In this document: positions 55,415-64,000 of the stretch, piece by piece | Layout of the letters: every line of letters starts with the position of its first letter | Numbering within the stretch: the first letter of the stretch is position 1 | NCBI GenBank assembly: GCA_024679065.1 | Contig: JAGIQG010000003.1 | Span: 120,342,001 to 120,406,000 of the forward strand | Reading direction: 5' to 3' | DNA: 64,000 nucleotides | Source of the DNA: Sphyrna mokarran | Lineage: Eukaryota | Position numbers and translations under genes: made by a program | Notes under the pieces: model-generated | Told to the model about the DNA's origin: nothing | What the model saw: the letters and a program-made list of their open reading frames with translations, nothing else | Database searches by the model: none

Positions 55415-55865
55415 CAGAGTCATAGAGATAAACAGCACGGAAATAGGCCTTTTGGCCCAACTCATCCATGCTGACCAGGTTTCCTAAACTGAATTAGTCC
55501 TAATTGCCTATTTGTCTGCATTTGACCCACATCCCTGTAATGCTTCAACATCCATCTACTGCCAAATGTCTTTTAAATGTTGTAATTGTGCCCCAGGCAT
55601 CACCCTCTGCGTGAAAAGGTTTCCCCTCAGATCTCTTAAATTTTTCCCCTCTCACCTTAAACCTTTGCCTTCAAGTCTTGGACTCCTCTACTCTGGGGAA
55701 AAGACCTTGGTTATTCATCTGATTTATGCCTGTCATGATTTTATAAACCTCTACAAGGTTTATCTCATCCTCATCCTCCTACCTTCCAGGGAAAAGAGTC
55801 CCAGCCTTATCCAGCCTCTCCTTATAATTCAAACCTCCCAATCCTTGTGAAACATTTTGCACCTT
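55415..55865 (-). mobile_element. CR1 3' fragment
   Basis: CR1 tail (acagcacggaaataggccttttggccca) and RRMR..LVEVYKIM-like remnant. Confidence 0.75.
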
Positions 55866-56163
55866 TCAGTATATTTGTATCTGTAATCTCGTGTAACAAA
55901 ATTAGGAAAAGAAAGCTGAAGTATGTTCATCCAGCCCAGATGTGAAATGTCACCTCTGGCGGAGTAACAGATGTGTGGAATTGCTGGAAACTATCACTTT
56001 AGCAAAACCAACAGTCGACTAATATACATACGTGTTGAGCAAATCATGATGTTGGAAGTTCCACTTTCACCAGATGATGCAGGGTTACTGCTGCACTAGC
56101 ACAGTTTGTTGACTCAAATCTTAAAACAAAATCAAACATATTTTTGAATGCTTTGGTACCTAC

Positions 56164-56270
56164 CATGGCAAAACCGACATCTGCTTTCTTCAGCGCCGGC
56201 CCATCATTGGTTCCATCACCAGTTACTGCGACAACTTGTCTCCGGTCTCCATGCATGCTGTCAATTATAC
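56164..56270 (-). CDS. ATP2B2: PMCA exon (107 nt), P-domain hinge: (G)[35 protein letters not shown]
   Basis: P-type ATPase [11 protein letters not shown] motif; acceptor tttgatacag|GT (phase 1), donor ATG|gtaggt (phase 0). Confidence 0.95.
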
Positions 56271-56368
56271 CTGTATCAAACAAAGCACATTAGAAAGAAC
56301 AAAACGAGCCTCCTACCCTCGTCATTAACAGAGCAAATCCCTCTGCCCTTCCAAGCACCAACTACATA

Positions 56369-57045
56369 CAGTAAGAGGTCTCAAAACACCAGGTTAAAAT
56401 CCAACAGATTTATTTAAAATCATGAGCTTTAGCAGTGCTGCTCCTTATTCAGGCGAGTGGCAGGGGGTGGGGGTAGGTTCACAAATAAAGCATATATAGG
56501 CAAAGACAATAGCCAGGTAAGAGTGTTCCCTTTCCGCTGGGGAACAGTTCAGCAGTCAAGAGCATCCAGTGTCCTATCTTCAGGTAAAACATTCTCCAAG
56601 ACACATGACAACGCAGAATCAGTGAGCACAAACTGATAGTCAAGTTCGGCATACGAGGATGGCCTCAACCAAGACCTTGGGTTCATGTCACACCACATGA
56701 AACCCCCACTATTCCGCCTGGTCTTGCAAAATCCTTCTAACTGCCCTGTCTTGAGACAATTCATACCTCTTTAAACTGTAGTTATCCCTCTCTCCACTTG
56801 TACTGTCTGTACCTGTAAAAACTCACATTCCCACCATTCTCCACATTCCCATCTGTAATTATCTTGCAACGGTGTCTTTGCCTATATATGCCATGTTTGT
56901 GGACGTACCGTTCCACTCACCTGATGAAGGAGCAGCACTCCAAAAGCTCGTGACTCCAAATAAACCTGTTGGACTTTAACCTGGTGTTGTGAGGCTCCTT
57001 ACTGTGCCCACCCCACTCCAATGTCGGCATCTCCACATCAATGCT
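56369..57045 (+). mobile_element. 5'-truncated Penelope-like element: inverted pLTR, GIY-YIG C-terminal relic, pLTR; 9-bp TSD
   Basis: TSD aactacata at 56360-56368 and 57046-57054; degenerate ...QRRISEHKLIVKFG..EDGLNQDLGFMSH at about 56530-56700; UCAC-CUGAUGA-AGGAGCAGCACUCC-AAAA-GCUC-GUGA at 56917-56953 (GAAA mutated). Confidence 0.85.
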
Positions 57046-58084
57046 AACTACATATGGCAGCAACTTGTGCTGGAAATAAGAATTCAGTTTTTATTGATCA
57101 TCCGTGACCTCCAGCACCTTAGAGCAACTCCAGCGATCTTTTTAAACAAAACACAAACAAGAGTAATGATCAAAACAAAAGTATAAGTTCGGAGGGGAAA
57201 ATCTAATTAAAAATTAAATTAGGTCTCCAAACCCATTGGCAAAATAACCTCCAGACTAATCACTGTCTACAATGGCATGCAACAGCAAAGAAAAGGTAAA
57301 TAATTTGACCCTCAGCAGAATAATTGCACGGTTACTGAGAAAGAACTTGAATAATAAGCATTACGTTGTAAACATTATTATACATCCCTTGCAGATTACT
57401 TCAAAAATCATTGTAATCTTCAGAGCACTTTTCAAACCAATAAATGTTAAATATACAAAAGCCTCATGGGGAAAATCAGATGGATTACATTCAATCTGAT
57501 AACGCTTAATGGCCTCCATTCAATTCTAAATTTCCACTGGAAACTTGCATTGTATTTTTTTCAAATTTCAAACCTTTCATGGCTTAGTACGAGCCAAATT
57601 ATCAACATTTAGACCTTAAGAATGATTTTCCAAGCACTTGTCCCATCATTTGGTAAACAGCACATTACTCTGACTGAGAAGCTTTGCCTAATCCCAAATG
57701 GCAGTTTGCTTTTGTATTTATTTTCTGGTCATTGTGAAGGACAAATACAAGAATTCTCAAGTGGCACAAGGAGTTTAAGAGGTTGGGAAAGATAAATGAG
57801 AAGGTTAGCAACTGACTTTTCAACTGCTTCATCATTTACATCACACAGTTGAAATAAATATAAACGGCAAAGAAATAATACAATGCATGTTCCTATCTCT
57901 CACTGTTTTTGTATCTATTTATATATATAAAATAGCAAGTGGATCATTGTGTTTTATCTCGAGGTTATCTGGCCACCCAGTTGAAAAATCCATATTCACC
58001 TCATCTGCATTCAGGTGATAGATGATTGGCATTTGCAATGCAAATCACTGACACAGAAACGTTAAGGAAGGTGGCTTAGCGCAG

Positions 58085-58376
58085 GACGTGACATGGTGAC
58101 ACAATAGTTAGCACTGCTGCCTCGGGAACCTGGGTGGAATTCCGAGCTTGGATCATTGTGTGGAGTCTGCACTTTCTCCTCCGTGTCCGTGTGAGTTTCC
58201 TCTGGGTGTTCCGGTTTCCTCCCACAGTCTGAAAGATGTGCTGGTTAGGTGTATTGGCCATGCTAAATTCTCCCTCAGTGTACCAGAACAGGCGCCAGAG
58301 TATGGCGACTGGGGGATTTTCACAGTAACTTCATTGCAGGGTTAATTTAAGCCTACTTGTGACGTTAATAAATAAA
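58085..58376 (+). mobile_element. V-SINE, alternative-tail subfamily
   Basis: Tail cacagtaacttcattgcagggttaatttaagcctacttgtgacgttaataaataaa. Confidence 0.85.
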
Positions 58377-59055
58377 CAGGATCTCTGCAGAATGAAATGT
58401 GACTATCAGCTGGAATTTAGACTTTGATATATTGACTCTGATTTTTAATAATCTGCTTGTAGCTATAAGAATATTTTTAGCTCACAGTTCACTGCAGTGT
58501 ACAGAATTCTAATTTACATGCAGAATCTTAACTATTCCTTCTTTGCTGTCTTTTCAATTCTATCCTTAAGATGCCAGTAAATTGTCCCTCATGACCAGAA
58601 AACGATTTCCTGCCACAAATTCCAGCAGCACAAATGCCGAGAATCTTCTGGGAGTGTTTTAATCCACCAGACAGTGACGTGGTGTTTGATAGTTGCCCTT
58701 GGGCAATCAAGAAAAGGATGAAGCGTTGTCATCCTTCTCTTCAGTCCCAAGTTATTATCCCAGACCAATGTCCCTCCCTTCAAAAGTTCATATCTGGGTG
58801 TGGTGCCTATCTATCAATTACCCAGCCCACCATCCTCACTGTCTCCTCCCAGTTAAGCAACAAACTAAGCCTGTGGAATGCAAACTGCAACCCTTCCTCA
58901 CACACACATAGCTTGAGCCTTGGGGAAGCGAAACCACTACATAACTCTCCAATCCTCCAAACCAAGCATACAATTTAATCCAGGGGAAAAATACACTCAA
59001 AATTTACTGACTCCTGCCTTCCTGTCTCACACTTAGCCATCTGCATTGTTCCTTT

Positions 59056-59325
59056 GTTTATTAGTGTCACAAGTATACATGGCAAAGATGTTAATATGTA
59101 AATGCCCTACTGACCACACTCCAGTGCCTGTTTGGGTACACTGAGGGAGAATTTAGCAGGTCAATGCACCTAACCAGCATGTCTTTCAGACTGTGGGAAG
59201 GAACGGGAGCACCCAGAGGAAATTCACACAGGGAGAATGTGCAAACTCTGCATAATGACCCAAGTTGGAAATAGAACCCGGGTCCCTGGCCTATGAGGCA
59301 ACAGTGCAACCACTGTGCCACCCTG
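59056..59325 (-). mobile_element. V-SINE, alternative-tail subfamily, inverted relative to 58085-58376
   Basis: gggtacactgagggagaatttagc block; ttattagtgtcacaagta tail. Confidence 0.8.
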
Positions 59326-59889
59326 CTCATCCTTTCTCAACTGATCTTATCCCTACTTCAATTTTGTCTTTCCTGTTCCCTTCCATTGTTACCCTCTTCC
59401 CAACCAATGTAATCATTCCCCAAGGCTCATCCACTTCCCATCTCACTTCTGACTCCCTTCTCTTGCCCCTTACCTAAAATGGACATAGTAACATTGGCGG
59501 CAGTTCAAAGAGGATTCACCAGGCCAATTTCTGGGATGAGAAGGTTTCCTATCAAGACAGACTAAATAGTCTGGATCTGTATTCCCTGGAGTTCAGAAGA
59601 GTGAGGGGTGACATTATTCAAATATATAAAATGCTGAGGGGACTTGATTGGGTAGATGATGAGATGTTTTCACTAGTGGGCAAGCCTTGAACAAGGGGAC
59701 TGTGTACAGAGAAAGAACAGCTGCAACAATAATTTAACAACAATAATGGCAATAGTTGCTATAAAATGGCTATTCTGGCTGAGAGTTAAGCATGCTGCGA
59801 TTTGTGGCCAATTTATAGATTAACACCAGAAGCAGGTCATACAGAGGCTCTGGTCTGGGAGCTGTGATCTGAAGCTTCCCGTGCTTTTT

Positions 59890-61095
59890 TTATTCATTCG
59901 TGGGACTTGGGCATCACTAACTGGCTAACATGTATTGCCCATCTCTTGTTACCCTTGAGGTGGTAGTAGAGATAGTGGTGAGCCGCCTTCTTGAATCGCT
60001 GCTGCCCACGTGCTATGGGGTGACCCACAACGCCGTAAGGAATGGAATTCCAAGATTTTGACCCGATGTCTGCGAAGGAATGGCGACATATTTCCAAGTC
60101 AGGATAGTAAGTGGCTTGGAGGAGAACTTGCGGTGGTGGTTTTTCCATGTATCTGCTACCCTTGTCCTTCTAGATAGAAGTGGTCATGGGTGTGGAAGGT
60201 GCAGTCTAAGGATCTTTGGTGAATTGCTGCAGTGCATCTTATGAATAGTACACATGGCTGCTACTGAGCGTTGGTGGCAGAGGGATCGAATGTTTATAAA
60301 TGTGATGCCAATCAAGCGGGCTGCTTTGTCCGGGATGGTGTCAAGCTTCTTGAGTGTTGTTGGAGCTGTACCCAACCAGGCAAGTGGGGAGTATTCCATC
60401 ACACTCCTGACTTGTGCCTTATAGGTGGTGGATAGACTTTGGGAAGTCAGGAGGTGAGTTATTTGCTGCAGTATTCCTAGCCTCTGACCTGCTCTTGTAG
60501 CCGTTGTGTTTATGTGATGAGTCCAGTTGAATTTCTGGTCAATGGTAACTCCAAGAATGTTGACAGTGGGGGACTCAGTGATGGTTACACCACTGAATGT
60601 CAAGGGGCAATGGTTAGAATGTCTGTTATTGGTGGTGCTTATTGCCTGGCATTTGTGTGGCGCAAATGTTATTTGCCACTTGTCAGCTCAAGCCTGGATA
60701 TCATCCAGATCTTGTTGCATTTGAACACGGACTGCTTCAGCATCTGAGGAGTCACAAATGGTGCTGAACATTGTGCAATCATCAGCGAACATCTCCCTTC
60801 TGACTTATGACGGAGGGAAGGTCATTGTTGAAATAGCTGAAGATTGTTGGGCCTAGAACACACTACCCTGGGGGGCTCGCAGAGATGTCCTGGAGCTGAG
60901 ATGACTGACCCTCCACATCTGCCTATATACAGGTATGATTCCAACTAGTGGGGAGTTTGCCCCCGATACCATTTATTCCAATTTCACTAGGGGTCCTTAA
61001 TGCCACACTTAACTGAATGTAGCCTTGATGTCAAAGGCCGTCATTTTCATCTCACCTCTGGAATTCAGTTCTTTTTTTCCCATGTTTGAACCAAT
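59890..61095 (-). mobile_element. Non-LTR retrotransposon 3' part (CR1/L2 group), probable partner of SINE family 2
   Basis: MFADD, ILGVTIDQK, YKAQVRSVMEYSPLAW; tail gggcaata.atg....gcca...gatgccca.gtccca. Confidence 0.85.
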
Positions 61096-62589
61096 GTTGG
61101 CCATATAAAGGAAGTTGTTTACATTGACCCAGACATTGCACCTCTGATATTTATGGCTGTTATGTGTATGCAGTTTGAACTAAGTGCAATGGCATTGTTC
61201 AAAAATAATCTCATTGGATGTTTGAGCAATGTGATTGATTTCTGGTGACACAGTTGCTGGATGACAGAAAATCTTCCAGAAGTGAGTGAAAAATTGTGGA
61301 TACAGAGACATGCAGCCTTTTGTTTGGCAGGAATAACTTTAAGAAACCAATCACCACAACAAGACCTATGCCCTGAAGGATGCTTCAGAGAAGGAGAAGA
61401 TAGATTCTACATTGAAGATATTTCTTGACCAAGGTTTTCTAAACTTGATAATATCTATTTTCAGTTAAACAGTTAAAATTGATGTACAGTTAACATTAAT
61501 ATGTTAACACAGTTTAAGAGTTACAGTTCAGTTCAAAGTTGATGTTAAGTTCGAGTTAAAGTTCAGTGAAGAGTTGATGAGTTGCAATTGCTTATGTTTG
61601 AGTTGGTATCAGAAATGTTAAATAAAGAAACAATTGAATTACTGTCCTTGTTTGTCTCATTAAATTGGAATGCTTGGAAGCTGTTTAAATTAAAAGCTAT
61701 ATAACAGGACATAGCTATAAGATAAAGAGCCAGTCATTTAAAATTGAGGCGCGTACAAGATTCTTCCTGCAGAGGGTAGTTAATCTCTGAAATTCTCTGC
61801 CCCAAAGGGTGGTGAAGGCTGGATCATTAGAAGTATTTAAAGTGCAGGCGGATAAATATTTGGTAGTTTGAAGAACAGAAGGTTATGGGAAAATGGCACA
61901 GAAAAGGAACTAAGGCTGGCAAAGACCAGCCATGATCGTATTGAATGGCTTGAAGGGCCTGGTGGCCTACTCCTGCTTCTATGTCTTCTTGTGTTCTTCT
62001 TCCAAAAAGCATGGGATTAGAAGCAGGCTAATAAGCCTCACAGACTGTTCCATCATTTAACCAGATCATGGCTGATCTGTTTATTGCATGAAGAACTATG
62101 ACTTGGGTGATGTTCAATAGGCGCTTAGTATCTTTGTAACAATACAACAGTAAAGAGTTAACATCTTGGGAAAGGAAGAAAAGAGCCAAAGTCATTGGCA
62201 AATCAGTAGTGTGGTGCTGGAAAGATTTTGGCAGCCAATGGGTACTGGCAGTTCCAATTTTTCTTTCGAATGCAGAAGCTCAATTTGCACATTAATAGGC
62301 AAACATTCACTACTACCAGGCTTAAGGCTTGGCTGAGGAATTAAGTGAGCATTTTATCTGTTTTTGTCAAGGAAGAAGATGTTGCCAAAGTCATAGTGAA
62401 TGTGGGGATTGATCAGACACTGGATGCACTGAAAACAGGTAGAAGTTTTAGAAAGCATAGCTATACTTAAAGCTTTTAAGTCACTAAGAATAAATCAGAT
62501 GCATCTCAGAATACGAAGAGAAATAAGGGTGAAAATTGTGGGAGTACTGGCCATAATCATCAAATACTTCAGACATGATGGGATGGTGA

Positions 62590-62886
62590 CTTGGTGGAAC
62601 AATGATTAGCACTGCTGCCTCACAGCACCAGAGACTCAGGTTGAATTCTGGCCTCAGGTGACCACCTGTGTAGAGTTTGCACATTCTCCCCATATCTGTG
62701 TGGGTTTCCTGCAGGTGCTTTGGTGTCGCACTCCAAAGATGTGCGGTTAGGTGCATTGGCATTGCTAAATTGCCCCTCAGTGTCAGGAGGATTACCAGTA
62801 AATATGTGGGATTACAACCTGTGTTGGATTGTTGCAAACTTGATGGGCCAAATGGCCTCTTTTTGCATTGTATTGATTCTATTCTA
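62590..62886 (+). mobile_element. V-SINE
   Basis: Head, core and tail. Confidence 0.8.
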
Positions 62887-64000
62887 TTAACGGCTACCTG
62901 TCTCCAGTAAGTGGGGTGCCCTCGCTGATACTCCTCCCACTTGTGGGAATATCCTTTGGCAAAGAAGATATCAGGCTTCCCTCCCCATAATTTCCAAAGT
63001 CATTTTACAAGCTTCTCCCAGCCCCTATCTGAAAAAGCAAGGTTAAAGAAATGCCCTACAATTCTATTACATATTCAAGTGAGGTGGCAGCAAACCTGCC
63101 ATATAATTCCGCTGATAGGGATGAAAATGACATTGTTCAGTTATCCTTTAGAGCAGCAGAGGTTACAGCATAAAATAATCTGGGTAAAACAAGCTACTAA
63201 GATGCCCTTGCAAGTGACCCATGGACCAATTTAATTGCATAGATTCAAAATGCAATTGCCCCTGCCTTCAGTGTTGGTATTTGCTGCCATCCTTGTTTAT
63301 GCAGTGCAGGTGCAACAGGTCAATATGTTTTCCCACAGCAACTTGGACTCAACCTCTTAAATAAGTACTTCCCCCCCCCCCAAAAAAAAAACCCCAAATA
63401 TTCCCCGCAGAACTTAATCTTGAAGATAACACAGGAATCTTTGCACCATATTCACTTATTAATCATGTTGCTTTAGTAGAAAACCATTATAAAACAAGAA
63501 TTGGCCTAGAAATGCTTTGAGATTATTGCCACTTCTCTGGGGAATATTAGTTTGCTGAAAGGCTTTGGCAGTCAATTTCCTGTGGGTAATACTGGCACCC
63601 TATCAGCTTTGATCTTTGTTGGAGGCTTACATAATATTGTACACCACACTGACCCTCATTCCCTTCTGAAATGTCGAGTGCTGCACATATTTCATCGTCA
63701 ATCAGCCAACAGAACAATAAATATTCCGTTGCTTTATTTCAATCAAAGCGCCCATTTCTGTTCAATCTATCAGAGGCTTTGAAGGAAAGGCTGATCTTTC
63801 CAATATGTTTTGTTTTCGATATATTCTTTCAGGTTTAATGGGTGGAATCTTTTCCTCATCCATAATGCATAAGTGTAGGCTCCTTTCAAATGACATCATT
63901 ATTTACCTGTGAAAATCTGGACAAGAACAGCACGTCTTTTGTTCACACAATAAGGTTCCGAGGTGCAATACCATGAAGATTTTCTGCATTGCAATTCAGA

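Noticed and set aside
56917-56953. Active hammerhead in the large Penelope-like copy
   Set aside because: Core GAAA is AAAA, and the inverted copy has CUGAAUA and UAAA; kept only as a relic
57100-64000. Upstream PMCA exon (..[20 protein letters not shown])
   Set aside because: Not found by reading the minus strand; presumably beyond the window end

Overview
Vertebrate genomic DNA, very probably from a shark or other elasmobranch (inferred from HE1/V-SINE-like SINEs and HER1/CR1-like LINEs). The whole window lies inside the 3' half of a plasma-membrane Ca2+-ATPase gene on the minus strand, best matching ATP2B2/PMCA2. Six core exons (107, 192, 214, 212, 108, 183 nt) have canonical GT-AG ends and consistent phases. 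They are followed by the splice-site-C cassette (178-nt and 54-nt exons, giving an 'a'-type C-terminus ...ATAGQD*). Upstream exons and the terminal 'b' exon lie outside the window. The introns are dense with mobile DNA: about 20 V-SINE copies with two different 3' tails, a second SINE family with its partner LINE, old and very young CR1 LINEs, a Gypsy LTR relic, a Harbinger transposase relic with probable MITEs, and Penelope-like insertions. Most notable: (1) three TSD-flanked, inverted Penelope-like insertions carrying minimal hammerhead ribozyme motifs, one a near-perfect 218-nt hairpin with an intact core on the gene-sense strand; (2) a candidate third site-C exon at 401-331; (3) PMCA1-type internal donor GTs in the 178-nt exon; (4) near-identical inverted young CR1 ends flanking a frame-shifting exon. 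Exon and TSD coordinates were read base by base. Repeat boundaries are approximate, and family names come from recognition rather than database search.
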